Under the pieces are notes generated by a model. That model ran no database searches. It was given only the letters and a program-made list of their open reading frames with translations, and was not told the DNA's origin. A DNA stretch of 44,000 nucleotides from Takakia lepidozioides (lineage: Eukaryota; Plantae; Bryophyta): positions 1 through 44,000 of the forward strand of contig JAKLZA010000247.1 in assembly GCA_030704615.1 (NCBI GenBank), written 5' to 3'. Shown here in pieces: positions 1-13,073 of this stretch. The position numbers and the translations under genes are program-made. How positions within the stretch are numbered: position 1 is the first letter of the stretch; every line of letters starts with the position of its first letter.

Positions 1-276
1 TAAGTATTTTAGAACACCGGATCCACGCTGGATACACCTACGGCTGGCCACTAAAAAGTCAGGGGATAGGGACTCGGACGCGTGAAGTGCCATTGCTTCG
101 GCATAAACAGGGAGCAGAAAATTGGAAAGGGGGCTGTCGAAAACAGACTCGCCAGAAATGACTGTATCTCCTGAAGATCCACCGCTGGCATTCCTGAAAG
201 ACAGCCTGAAAAAGTTATTACTGTAACTTTGATGTTATCGATAAATTGAGTATGACTCCCAAAGAGGGTTTAGCAC

Positions 277-3200
277 TTACTCACATGAAAAGTCGTTGTC
301 GACCTGCTTATCTTCGGGATCGTCATCATTTCGAATATGAATCCGATCAGTCTGTGTGCCTGAAGTGGAGCCAGACAAAAGGGGGAGGAGCACTGTGTTG
401 TAGAGGTCAGAATCACCCTCCATACCAAAAAGGCTTCTTCCGCCTGCCTTGCATGCGTGGTAAGTTGCTCCTGCACCAGACAGGAGAACATAAGCAGTTT
501 GGAGGAGGGGATTTAAGCAGATGAAACTGTTGAAAGGAAACCAATTCGGAAGGGAGAAAACGAACCTGTGGACACAGAAAGATCGACCACCCGTGCAGAG
601 CGGTGGCTGCATGACTCCAGCAGTATTTGCATGAATGCTGGTGACTTTTCCTTTGCACCTCTCCAGGGAGTGCCATCTGGTCTCTTCAGAGTCTGACTGG
701 ACTGCATGAAGTTGTACAAAATGTCATCGACATGGGGCTCATAGGGGGGGTTGACGAAACAACCCTGGTCAGAAATCTCAAAGCTGCGGATGGAGGATGG
801 TGTCTTTGATGTGCGAATCCTCCGCAGGCAGATCGCCTCGAACATCCTCGTCTGCCAAAGATAGCAGGTTAGTGTGGTAAACACAATCTAAAGTGGAAGT
901 GTGTACATCGGCTATTCAGAACTCTGACACCAAAAAACCATGAATCGTTGATGATCGGTGTCGATCATAAAACATTCTACTAGAGTGGAGCTGCAGAGAA
1001 AATTGAAACTCATGATCAAAGCATAAGCAGAAGGCAGACGGCATACCAGCTGACCAGGGAAACCCCCTTTCACAAGGTAGAGGCTGTTCACACAATTCCA
1101 TGTGCGCAAAACTTCAAACCCTGAAGACTTGAGGTATGATGCCAATGCCCGACGACTATCATTGTCACATGACTGAAAAAGCAGAAGTGTCCCTGCATCA
1201 GAGAGGAAATTGTTACAGAACCCGAATACCCAACTCCAGTAGTTGTCCTCGAATTTGTTCCACCCTGGCGTCTTGCCCTTTGGAAGAACTTCTGGCACAG
1301 CCTGGCCATCCGGAATGTCGAGAATGACAATGTCGGCCGCATAAGTTTTCTGCACACCGCACACGAAGGTGGGACCTGTGCTCACCTGCAACAGACATGT
1401 TTTTTATAAGAACGATGGCAAGAATGTTTTCAAAGAACGAGACTGAAATACTGCCAACGAAACATTCAGAGAAAAAGGAAAGAAAGTGGAATTCTCACCA
1501 GATTGAGGAATGAGATTATATTGTCCCAGGTAGGGGATGGCACCCCAGTGTATCCTCTCTTTCGACTCTGCATCATCGAAAGCCAACCCTCATTAACAAT
1601 TTTCATCTCTCCTGCTGAATCAGAACGGGAAGGGTGTGGCTTGGCATCGAACACGCACTGAAGAGTGCGGGTATATCTTCCAGCACTAAAGTCCTGCCCA
1701 CTCTCCATCTCCTTTTCATTCTCCTTCCCCTTGTCCTTTTCCTTCTCTTTGGACTTGTCTTTGTCCTTTGGCTTTGCTGGTGAGATGGCTATGACATCAA
1801 CAGCCTTGTCTTTTGGTTTGCGGCCCGCCTTCTTTCCCTTCTGCGGCGTTCCCTGAGCATCAGGCTCCTTGGCAGCCAAGGTTGCTATGTTTCGTTGATA
1901 CTCTTCGTCAGTCAAAGGCGCCAGCATCTCAGCGTTATTGTTCAAGTATTTCATATGCTGTTCTTGAAAGGTCGTGTGCTCAGGTGGGCAGTCAAGGTAC
2001 CACCCACAGTCTCTGAAGTGAGAAGGACTCCAGTCCTTCAATATCCCTGCAGTATACATGGTTGGATCGTTTGCAGGGTCCGACCACATGTCAAGATAGT
2101 CGGGAATTCCGCTCAGGTGATTTCCTTCCATAAGCACATATTTCGTGTACCTGAAAAAAGGAGATAAATCCCAACCCACAAAAGCGCTCAGTGAGTAAGA
2201 TGCAAGTAGAACAGAAAGAATAAAACATGGATTGAAATGGCTCTGACAACTGCTCCAAGGACCTTTCAGGACCACACTACTGCTCCAGATATGAATGTCG
2301 TCAACGCCATTCAGAACATTCCATTCCATGACACTGTAAATACATCCTAATCCAGGTGAATGCAAATAAGCGATTAGAAATGACACAGACATAGAAGTGA
2401 ATGTCGTCAACGACATTCAAGAATGAAGCCAAATTATTACTGAAATGAAGCAAAATCACAGGATGGAAATAAAAAAATTGAGTAAGGAACCATCCAGGAA
2501 AACTCAATGCACATTCATAACGAACCTATCACTGAGGACCTCACAACATCACTGTATGTGAATGGCGTCAACGCCATTCACAAAAATACAAAAAAGAAAC
2601 CAATTACTTAGCTCCCCAATCCATGAAAATTGAATTTGTCGTTTTTGAATAATACAGACACAGCTGTGAATGTCGTCAACGACATTCACTTTGGATTTCT
2701 TAAAACAGAGCTTATCAAGCCTCCATATTCATCGCAAGAGGAAAAAAACAATGCAGAACAACTGAATGTCTGCATTGACATTCAGCAAAATGAAGTGATC
2801 AACCCTCATTGTAACCTCTATGGACATTACAAAAATTTAAATAACCTTGAGGACCACACAACAACTCCGTATGTGAATGTCGTCAACGCCATTCAAGGAC
2901 ATTATCAATTCTAATCAGGGACAATATAATTGCACCCTTAGATCCTAACCAGGTGAATTCATATACTCGCTTAGAATGACTCAGACAAAGAAGTGAATGT
3001 CGTCAACGACATTCAATCTGGATCTAAGATTGCAATCCATATGAAGCCACAATTTTTCCCAAAAAAACAGTAGAGTTTCAAGTATGACATTTCACCTGTA
3101 CACAACTCGCATCATGGCCCACTCTCCTCCAACCTGACTGTCAAAGTCGTTGGACCGTAAAATGTTACCATCTTTGGAGAACTCCCGGAAAAAACAGTAT

Positions 3201-5581
3201 CTCCAGGTGAGACCTCTCCACTTCCTTATGTATGCCTCCAATGACATTTGGGGAGGGGAAACAATCGCAATGTTCAGGTCCTTCAAAGTCTGATCCAGCA
3301 CAATGACGGCGCGCTTTTCGAGCTGCAAATAGTATATTTGTCAGAATTGCAAAAAAGAAACACATCACATACTTGAAGAGAAGAAACAGCATGTTCGAAT
3401 ACACACCTGACTCCAAAATGTAGCCTTGTGGAGCCAGTTATCAAACACCAAATCACTGATTCCTTCCACCTTTGTGCCAGGCTGTATGGTGCTCTTTGGG
3501 AACTGATTCAAGTCCTTTACTGTTTGATCTGAGTTCCATATCTCCAGCCACCTTATTTTTGTTTGTGGGTCGACCATCGATATGGCCAGCCGGTGCAATT
3601 TCTCCTGCTGCATCTCCGGATGCACATGCTTGTCATAGTGTGTTTTGATCTGCTGAAGGAACTCAGGACCAAGTCCAGGATCTACTATTCTAAGCTGCTT
3701 TCCGAAGGCTGACATCAATTTGGTTCTTCGCATCTCAAACTCCTTCTTTATTGCAGCTTCCACACCCTTTGATGTCCTTAGTTCCTCTGGTGTAGTGCGG
3801 TAATATTCGGATTTTCCCTTCTCAGCTGCCTCTGCCAGTTCTTGCTGCATTCATTCAAGTAGTGATTAGCTCCGAAGGGACTCTAAACATGTATTCGAAA
3901 AGTAAACAGATTACAGACTCGGGCTTACCGCATACATGTACTCCAGAAACGCCTCTCGTGTCAAAGAATACCAAGTGCCTGCAGCTCTTCCTGTTTCGCA
4001 CTTCTTGATGATATTGGGTGGTAGTACTGTCCGAAAATCATCCAGCTTCATCAGACCAATCCTCTGAATTCGGAATAGTGTGTGAACCAAGCTTGTTGTC
4101 ACATGCGATTTCTCTGTCGATCTGCAAAAACATTGAAAACATTGCATTCCTTAACACTGTTTTTTGAGGATCAACAAGACACTACAGAGGGAATGAAATC
4201 TCCTGGATGACTTACTTGTTCACGTCGTGCATAGCTGTAAGAAGCCTAGCGATGTCGTTTCCTGGATCCAAAACCATTGCCTCCACAGCAACATGCTTGT
4301 CTTTGTCTTTCGAATGGTGTTTCTGAATGTATCCCATCCATGCCAGCAATCGGTGGTTGCCGTCCCAGACGTAGAACATGTGGTTGCAAAATTGCTGGGT
4401 GTTCTTTCCCATCATGAGGCCCAGCTCGAACTCCTCATTGGCATCTTTCCAGCACTCATCCCAGTTATCACTGATCTCTGGAGAAACTAATGTGCTTTTC
4501 CCATTTATATCCGTCAGTGACACATAAAAAACTTGTGCACCAAGTCTATATCCATGCACAAAATCACTCTCCAATTTTGTTATGTCATGGGAAAGAGGTG
4601 GACGCACAACAGGCATTGATATCATCCGGCACAGAGGTATGTCCAGACGCCCTCCAGATACGAGCATGTCCCTTATAACCTCCTGAGAGTTTACCTTCTG
4701 GAATGACATGAGTTCTTCACCTTGTCAAGGTAGTGCACTTCGGATTCATCTGCTTCATCTGTATTCTCTGAGCTTTTTGCGGACTCGTCCCCATCTCCAG
4801 ATCCTTTCCCCTCTGATCCTGTAGGCTTCGACCTCACAGTTTTCTGCACGATGCCATTCAGTTCTGACTAAGTGATTTGCAAATAGTGAATGGCGGTAAC
4901 GACAATCACTCTGTATCAAGGAAACTCACCATGAATGGTGTGAAAGAATTCAGCACAATCTACACATGCAAAGCCGAGACTGCCGTATTCAAACAAAAGT
5001 GAGAGCGATAGCGAACGGCGTTAACGACAATCACAAAAGATAACAACCTGCCGGATCGGTGTTGTGTAATGACATATATGTGCAACTGATTGGCGGCAAC
5101 GACATTCAGTGTAGTTTAGGGAGAATAGTAAGTGCAGACTCTCTCTTCAAACACATAGGTACATAAATCTCATGAGCAGAATCGAATGGCGTTAACGACG
5201 CTCGCGATTCAGTAGTTCCTGCTAAAGAATGGAAGAGGAAGGACTCCTTGAAAGGCAATCACACAGACTATATGATAAAACTTACTGGCACCTTCTTAGG
5301 TTTTGAAATTTGATCCCCTTCTGCAGCTTTCCTCTTCCCTCTCACATCTGCTGGAGTTTCTGTCTGCGCAAGGGTTTCTTGACCTTCTTCAGGTTCGGCG
5401 TTCCGCGTGCTTCCACCTTCTTCAGTGTCCCTGCGATTCATCTCTGCCTCCACAGGCTGGCGCACTCTTATCGCCGACTGTGTCGCAGCCGCTGCCTCAG
5501 TCTCCGTCTGCTCTTGTGAATCAGTCTCCGCGTTCACCTGCTGCCTTGGCCTGTGTTCTCCAACAAACGACGCCTCGTCAT
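277..5581 (-). CDS. Multi-exon ParB/Srx-like domain + beta-class N6A/N4C DNA methyltransferase-like fusion protein (family A, copy 1; a few 1-bp frameshifts)
   Basis: Inferred GT-AG exons: ~5581-5286, 4843-4216, 4121-3929, 3844-3407, 3322-3096, 2150-1499, 1385-1047, 851-566, 470-277. ParB-like FYVWDGNHRLLAW (DGNHR at 4350-4364). MTase motif IV region ADIVILDIPDG...NFLSDAGTLLLF. After splicing, the C-terminus reads KEKSPAFMQILLESCSHRSARVVDLSVSTG|ATYHACKAGGRSLFGMEGD, matching the N6_N4_Mtase pattern QKPxxL...VLDPFxGSGTTxxAAxxxGRxFIGxExD. Confidence 0.75.
2292..3015. repeat. Seven copies of the ~22-bp imperfect palindrome TGAATG(T/G)CGTCAACG(A/C)CATTCA inside the long intron
   Basis: Copies at ~2292, 2398, 2559, 2667, 2763 (variant), 2874, 2994; spacing 96-161 bp. 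Confidence 0.9.
4887..5205. repeat. Four degenerate copies of the family A palindrome in intron 1
   Basis: tgaatggcggtaacgacaatca (~4887), cgaacggcgttaacgacaatca (~5013), tgattggcggcaacgacattca (~5087), cgaatggcgttaacgacgctcg (~5183). Confidence 0.75.
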
Positions 5582-6432
5582 TTTCTCTCTTGCTCTGCGT
5601 CTCTCTCTAAGGGAAGTAAAATAAAGAGACTTTCTTCTCTTTCGTATTCTAGAAGGAACCCTCTCCAGCTTGACTACCACTCTCCCTCTAAGCGCGAAAA
5701 GTAGAAAAACGCAGTGACTCTCGATTTCTTGCGGGATTGCCTGTGTTCTTGCGTGTCTCTAGAAGCATCGGATTCCCTCCCGCGTGACCGTTACACATAG
5801 TCGTTTCGTTATTAGTGCACATGCCAGCAATTGGTGTACAGGTGTTCGTATTCAGTTATGGATGTCTGACGTGTGCCGCCCAAAACAAAACGGCGTGTTC
5901 TAAATTATAACTGGTTCAATATTTAAAAAGAACAGCGAATCCCAAAAATTGATGCGCAGTCTTAAACAAATAAATATAAATGAACGAGAGTTTGATGAAA
6001 ATTTGGAATATCATACACGGTCATCCTTGTTATCCAACCCCACATTCGTTGCACATTTGGAACTTTCCAGGTGCGCATGATCATTGGTAGTAGTATATAG
6101 ATACATTTACTTAATCTGCAATCCATTCTCGGATCCTGTGGCATGCTTCCAGGAAGTCGGCTTTGTTATTGGGTTTATTGATGAGGTTCTGATTAACGGT
6201 TTTACAGTTGCCGACACTGCCCCTATGGATTCTCTGACCACTGGGCCCACAAGAAAAGTAATTAAAATGGACGGCTGCATATCTGGAATGAATAACAGAA
6301 TATGCACAGTCGTTATCTGAGCTTCCTCCGCCATATGCTCTGCTCATTCTTCAACTGTGTTCTGGAGACAGCAGTAAACCGATTTACACTAGATCTGCGA
6401 TAGCAAGGTACAAACATACTCGAGGAAGGAAG

Positions 6433-9400
6433 ATGGCTTCCTCTGAAGCGGAGTTCTTCTCAGACGACAAACCAGTGCCGTTCTCCCAGGAAGTCCTTGA
6501 CAATGGATTTGCAATTGTTCTGGAACATGTCTTGGCTACCCGTTTTCAGCTGCAGAATGGCTCCATCTTTTTTGGAGAAAGAGGTTTACGATCTGAAAGG
6601 GAAGTTGGTGAAATATTCTTTCCAAAACCGTGATGAGACGGCTCATATCAGCCAGTGGAGAGTGCGTCCTGGTCGATACAGAGTACTTGGAGACCTCCTC
6701 GGCGAAAGTCCCTTGGGTCATATGTGACGCCCGACTGCTGCTGCTTGCTTCGGTCGTTGAAGACAAGAGGGAGGTGGTGGTGAAAAAAGAACAGACTTCC
6801 TCCACTCCAATCGTTGAGCTTTCGGATCTTCTCCGATGATGACATAAGTGAAATTCCAAATCCAGTCCTTCCTACTGTGGTTGCAGAAGCTGATGAAGAA
6901 GAGATTTGTAGTGTCATTCCAAAATTGCGGGCGATGGGAGGAATGGCTGGATTCAAAAGTGAGTTGCGGGGAATTGATTGGGAATCTTTGAAGCAGGTGC
7001 CTGTGAAGTTCTTGCCGGAGACTTTTGATGGCGATATCCTATTCGAGCTGCCTCCTCCTCCGCGAGTTGGAGGTGTAGTTACAATCATGATGCATGGGAA
7101 TGGACAAGAAACACGACGGGCACCCGTGGTGCAGAACAAAAACATCCAATATTCAGAATGATGACAAGCTTGTTTTCAGGAGGAAACAGTTTGCAATGGA
7201 CACCTTAGGTGTGATAATTTGAATTGCAGACACTTTCTTTCAGTCTGGAGTTCATAATCAAAGCGAATGGGAGGTCTGGCGGAGAATCCATTTCAGCCTG
7301 GGACTGCCCTCACCGGCAAACACTTTACTTTGCGTCTGCAATTCGGCAACAATTTGTGCCCATCCTGCTTGGCGCTCTGCGGAGCAAGAGTACTAATGTT
7401 GTCCACCGTTTTTGAATACAATGACGAAGCTTGTGTGCATTTTGGATTCCATAACCATCCTGTCTCGAAGGGGGATTACAGGGAGAGTGTTGAGACAGTA
7501 TCGAGGTTGATCAAACAGGAGTTCGGGAGAAACCCATCCGCAACAACATCTGCAATTGCTCTTGGCGCAAGCAAGTCCTTCTTGGAAAGCCATATTTTGA
7601 GTGAAGGAGATTCTGTGGGGACTAAACTTGACGGTGCAGCATTGGACCTGGTCATGGATCATTTCTCCACTTTAAGTTCACCTAACATTCGGCATCAGAT
7701 CAATGCATTGAGAATGGGCTCTGGGATCAGAGGCTACATAGACAATATTTTGGAATTGAAACGACTGAGCAAGTACGATTATCCAGGACAATGTATTCCC
7801 AGGTCAAGGTGCCATCAAAGTTTTTCTTTTCAAAATGTCGACTGTTGGGGAGGGCAGTGGGGTTAGCCTCGTGAAGCGGATGCAGAAGACTGGGGACTTG
7901 CAGAACTGTTTCTTATGTTTGATCATGTGAAACGAGTGAAGGATTGGACGACAATGGCTTGTCATGTCTACGATCCAGTGTACCAACGAGTTATGACAAT
8001 TGCAGTTGTGACATGCAATCCGAGGATACGGAATCCCAGAAGCTCATGTGGAATTCCCTGATACGTGTCATGGGCTGCCATGGGCTGCCATCTCCAAATT
8101 TCGCAGGTTTCATGGCGGATAGTGCTCAAGCAAATTTCAATGCTATTCGTATTGTCTTCGGATCGGGCGACCCAAAAGTGCCTATGCCAGGAAGAGAGCG
8201 TATGTCTATTCCATTGGACACAATCTCTGGAAAAACATACAAAGTCGGACATCAAACCAGAGATGCAGACTCAGCACCGTAAATTGTGCAAAGAGTACAA
8301 AGATGCTAGAACAATGAAGGAGGCGGACACTTTGTTCCAGACAATTCGTGCCTGGTGGTTCTCTTCTGGAGCTGCATCACTTGAGAGTATGAGAGCATTG
8401 GAAGATTGGCTGGCGTTTTGGCACTTCCGGTATAGACAGTGGGGAGCAGCCATGACAATGGTACGAGGCTTCTATTTCATGCTTTATTCATACATTTGCT
8501 TTCCATATTTTTGACTCATTGCTTTCTTTATGTTGTTTCCTGTGCACTATTCTGAAGTGTGGTTATCCTCTTTGCAGAACATGTCCATTGAGGAAATGGC
8601 AGACATGCCATCTTGCAATTTGGCAGAAACTGTGCACAATGCATGGTTGCAGCAGTCTGGGAAACGAGGTCGGGATTTGTATGTGGCAACAACAGATGAT
8701 TTGATACGTGCCTTGCAAAACAAACCCGATACCGTGATTTTCTTACGAGGTGGGGTTGGTGGCAAGGGTCCGGACAAATCGGAGTTGATGTTGCGTGCTG
8801 CAAACAGATCTGGGGATCCAATCAAGATAGCACGGGCGGTGAGCATGTATGCCCAGGGAACGCCACTTGTTTCTAGAGTTCCACATCTTGAAGGGGAGGA
8901 GAGATTCGGCTCCTGTAAGAGGAAATTGAACACTCCACCTGGTTCGGATTCAGATTCCCACAGGGCAGACCGTGATAACTTCTCGAAGCCTCGTGTTCCC
9001 CTGCATGACAGCTCCGTGTCCGGAACCTCCATTGTGGAGGAACCTCCAACACGACGGCAAGCTCCAGCATCAAACCGTGCCACTGAAATGGTGCAGGAGA
9101 GAAAAACAACCCCTTGATGTGCTTGAGTCCGCATGCCCCGACCACGTTTGGCACATAGAACGCACAAGTGTCGGGTCTCGTGTGAAATGTACAGCGATCA
9201 GGGCAACTAATTTCGAGAAGTGCACTTCATCTATATCCAGAGGTGGTGCCCGAACTCCTGCTCCGACTTTCACGGGCTTGATGCGTCCATACGGTCAACC
9301 AGAAGCCAAGAACCACAAGTTCTGGTTCTGCGCAGATGATTGTGCCAGATGTGTGCATGGAACTGTGCGTCCTTCCGTAGTGATGAAGCCATCTCCTCCA

Positions 9401-9962
9401 ACCGTTTGGCCCGTGAAGGTGGGAACACATCTCAGCTTTCAGGAGATTGAAATGCTGGAGGAGGCAGGTTTTTCCCTTGCGAGACAACCCCAACTCCATG
9501 CATGTGCTACTATTCCTGCGTCTCCCGGGTCCCCCCGGCAAATCCTGACTTGTGGCCAACCAAACGAGATGGAAAGCTCGTTCGGCGTTTCCCTCCAACC
9601 GCTGAACACTTTGGCAAAGTGGAGTCCGCAAGAATGCTCCAAGCTCGTGTCGGAAGCACCACGGAAGTACCCGATCCAGGATATGGTCGGGTATTCACAA
9701 TCATCACTTCCACATCTGCTGTTCATGACAGGACCTACGACATCACGGTTTCCAATTTCCCCAATTGCACATGTCCTGATTTTGTGAATATGCTATCAAC
9801 CAGTTTGGGCAAGAGAGGTAAATTCATACCCTGCAAACATTTGTATTTCATATTTTTGAGGAGGATGGTTTGCGATCCCCAAACGTGACAACTTCATTCA
9901 CCAGGCCACTATGAGTTTCAACGAGGGATACTCTTTTGCAGCGGGATACAACACATGGGTAG
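6433..9962 (+). CDS. Mutator-like transposase (GCM-like Zn domain, DDE core, SWIM finger), family A copy 1, many 1-bp frameshifts
   Basis: Motifs across shifted frames: CNGHLRCDNLNC...HFGFHNHP, MFDHVKR, GFMADSAQA, CLFHW (CxxH), NLAETVH, and SWIM CTCPDF...PCKH. Intron 8461-8577. Collinear with the intact family B transposase. Confidence 0.8.
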
Positions 9963-10409
9963 CATGAACTATGTAATGTGGTATGTGGATGACCATGATT
10001 TGAAATGTGTAATTCACATCAATTCGTCGGCTGTGCAATGATATGGCCTCCAACTATACGGAGTGAGGTCTGAGTGACAACTTTTAGGTAGTGCACATTT
10101 GTCATTGCACCGTTCGAAGTCTACATGTCTTGCTGTCGCTATGCACTACAATCATTTTGAAGATGATCATAACTCTCATTGTTATTTGAGGAGGGAGGAA
10201 GTCTTCGTGGCAGCCTTTATGGCGCACACTTTGTGAGGATATTTTGTCGTCTTCGTAATTGTAAAAGTGAAACAAACATTTGTAATTGCACAATGTTGGA
10301 TGCTGCAATTGTAGGCCTCAACGCTCGTCTTGATTCTATTTAGGCAAGATTCCCTGCATTAATTCCACGGTCATAGGACCATCCACGGTTATAGGCGGCG
10401 CATGTTAAT

Positions 10410-10601
10410 GCTGACGTGGCAGTTGACGGACAGTGCCACGTCATCATTTACCGCCACATCAGCATGCTGACATGACGCTCACGCCACGTCGTGCAGGCTC
10501 ACGCCACGTCAGCTGGCGTGAGCGTACGCTCACGCCACGTCACTCCTGCGTGAGCGTACGCTCGCGCGCTCACGTGCAACGCTCACGCCATTGCGTCGTT
10601 G
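10410..10601. repeat. Family A right terminus: subterminal GCTCACG/CGTGAGC and GCCACGTC repeats plus short imperfect TIR
   Basis: Multiple gctcacgccacgtc units; inverted match to 18739-18810. Confidence 0.75.
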
Positions 10602-12222
10602 ACCACGGAATTCACTCTTTCCATTTGACCGTCCGTTGTAGGTCGGAAGGCGGTGCTCATCTTGAGCCTCGTCCCCATTTTCTTCCAAAGTGCCCTCCAA
10701 AATTTACTTGTAAACTTTGGATCGCGGTCCGAGACAATATCCTTCGGAAGTCCATGATGCTTGAAGACGTGGGCGAAATAAAGTCGCCTCGTCTCCTGCA
10801 CTGTTGCCGTCTCCTTGGTGGGAATGAAATGGCCCATTTTACTGAACATATCCACCACCACCATGATTGCATCGAATCCTTTTGACAGCGGCATAGCAGT
10901 CATGAAATCCATCGAGACACTTTCCGAAGACCCCTCTGGAATCGTCAAGGGTTGTAACAGCCCCGCTTGCTTTTTGTACTCGCTCCGATTTTGTTGGCAT
11001 GTGGTACATATCTTGACATACTCCTCGACCTCCTCCCTCAATTTGGGCCAGAAGTGCTTTTTCTTCAAGAGTGTCGCGGTGCGCTTGGCTCTGCCGTGGC
11101 CCGCAAGCGGGCCATCATGGCATTCTCTCAAGAGACTATCTCTGATCCCTCCCTTCGGCTTGTAGAGACGTTTTTGCTTGTATCAAACCAGTCCATTTTG
11201 CAAGTGGAACTGCAATTTAACCCCATCCTCAAGTCCCGCTTTACAGACTTCGTCATCTCATCCTTTCGGTAAGTCTTCCGGATCTTCCTTTGGAGCGTCG
11301 TCTCCCCTGTACACCAACATGAGCTGATGCTTTCTACTTAAAGCATCGGCCACCACATTGTCCCGCCCCGATTTGTACTGGATATCCACGTCAAACACTG
11401 CCAAACTGTCTTGTCACCTAAGTTGTTTTGGGGACAACTTAGGCTGCATGGCAAAATACTTCACCGTGACATTGTCCGTGAACACTTCACCGGGTTGGAA
11501 CCAACATAGTGGCGCCAAAGCTCAAGGCAATGCACCACCGCCTTCATTTTTCTCATGTGTAGGCCACCGTCGCTCCACTTCATTCATTTCTTACTTTCGT
11601 AAGCCACTGGACGTCCATCCTGCATGAGTACACCCCCAATTGCAAAATCCGACGCATCTGTATGAATCTCAAATGGATGGTCGAACTCCAGGATTTTTAA
11701 GACTGGAGCTTCCGCCATACGCTGCTTCAACTCGGCAAAAGCTTGGCCACAAAAAGGTGTTCCATACCCATACTTTGGACTTACACAGAAGGTCTGACAG
11801 CGGCCCCGCGATCTTGGCGAAATTTCTCGCATACTTTCGGTAATAGGAGGCGAGTCCTAGGAAGGATCATACTCCCGGGACCGAAGTCGGAGGCTCCCAG
11901 TCCAAGATCGCCTCACCTTTCTGTTATCCATTTTGATCCCATCCTGTGTAATCACATGCCCTAGGAACTCCACTTTGTGACCCCGAATTCGCATTTTGAA
12001 GCTTTGGCATACAACTTCCCTTCCCGCAATTTCTGGAACACCCTTTTGAGCTGTTCCAAGTGTTCTTCCTTTGTTTTCGAGTACACAAGATGTCGTCGAT
12101 GTACACGATCACAAAGTCATCCAACCACTCCTGGAAAAGGCTGTTCATTAGCGTGCTAAAGATCGCGGGTGCGTTGGTGAGCCCAAAAGGCATCACCAGG
12201 ATCTCATATGAACCATATCTTG
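10602..12222 (-). mobile_element. Degenerate Ty3/Gypsy pol fragment (RT - RNase H - integrase)
   Basis: [59 protein letters not shown] zinc finger (ECHD...GH...CTTCQ), SMDF, IVSDRDPKF, TDGQMERVN. RT-RH-INT order indicates Gypsy. Frameshifted; integrase is cut at the family A terminus. Confidence 0.92.
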
Positions 12223-12899
12223 TGTCGCAGCCCTTTGTCTTGAGGGCAGGGGGTCGGGACACAAGAGGGGCTGCCCTGGTGGGGGCAGTAGCAACAATAG
12301 ATGCGGGGGCTGAGGTGGAGGCGCTCACTAGGTGGAGCCCCGCACACCGGGTTGCGGTGGGGATGGTGGTAGCTTAGTGGGTCTTAGTGGGGGTGGCATA
12401 GGACTCACCATGGGGCGGAAACCTTGTGGTGGGAGTCGTGGGGAGTCTTGGGACTCATCACAGCCCAATGGGGCCGTGGTGGGTGGGCCAAGACTCCTCG
12501 CGACTCATCACCGGGAGTCGAGAGTTTTTGTGGTGGTTCGCCATATAATGGCAGGGTTGTTTGTGAAACCCCCGCGGACAGTCACAGAAGTATATATAGG
12601 GAGTAGTAACCCCGAGAACGGTGCAAGCCCGTTGGTGACCAAAAAAACTAGTGAGTAAGCGTGCGAGCCGGAAAGCGACCAAGGCGTGGGGAGCTGTTCC
12701 GGACTGCCATCGACCAAAGGGAATTTCCACTTGGCCCAAATTGAGAGAGGGTCTCGTGGAGGAGTAAAGGGGGACCGTTATGTCCCGGTGAGCAGCCAAA
12801 GCTCCGAGTTGGCCCGGCGGCCAGTTTGGGAATTAGGCGTGCGCAACAAAGCGAGTAACTATGACTTGAAGGGAGCTTACCGAAGTGAGGTGCGCGACA
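12223..12899 (+). mobile_element. LTR (677 bp)
   Basis: Begins TGTCGC and ends GCGACA (6-bp inverted repeat); TATA-like tatatatagg near 12591; followed closely by a PBS. Confidence 0.85.
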
Positions 12900-12901
12900 C
12901 T

Positions 12902-12913
12902 TGGTATCAGAGC
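12902..12913 (+). promoter_or_regulatory. Primer-binding site complementary to initiator tRNA-Met
   Basis: TGGTATCAGAGC 2 nt after the LTR end. Confidence 0.9.
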
Positions 12914-13073
12914 TTAGAGTTCAGTACGCGATCGTCCTTGAGATCGGCCTCATCATGGGGTCGGGCAAGCCAAAGCCAAAGCGGAACGGCCCAAAAGATG
13001 ATGATCCTGGTGAGCCCGATGGGGACGACGTGTCACCGAAGCGGCAATTTGAGGAGGCGATGCATGCTTTTGA

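Larger units (their letters stand above)
1..10601 (+). mobile_element. Family A Mutator-like DNA transposon, copy 1 (left end outside window)
   Basis: Positions 1-~9530 are near-identical to ~19497-28980. Contains the transposase and the ParB-MTase gene. Ends in GCTCACG-rich repeats whose reverse complement (caacgacgcaatGGCGTGAGCgttgCACGTGAGC) matches the left end at 18739 (cagggatgcctcGGCGTGAGCctggtCACGTGAGC). Exact end is uncertain within 10589-10601. Confidence 0.85.

Noticed and set aside
2292-3015. CRISPR-like repeat series in family A
   Set aside because: Spacing is irregular (96-161 bp), the spacers are partly duplicated (~2340-2420 resembles ~2940-3015), and the series is intronic.
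277-5581. Bacterial or phage contamination as the source of the ParB-MTase gene
   Set aside because: The gene has multiple spliceosomal introns conserved between families and is embedded among plant PPR and Gypsy sequences.
10365-10377. 13-mer CCACGGTCATAGG shared by family A (10365) and family B (29111) subtermini
   Set aside because: It has opposite orientation relative to the nearest end and is a single short match, so it cannot be distinguished from chance.
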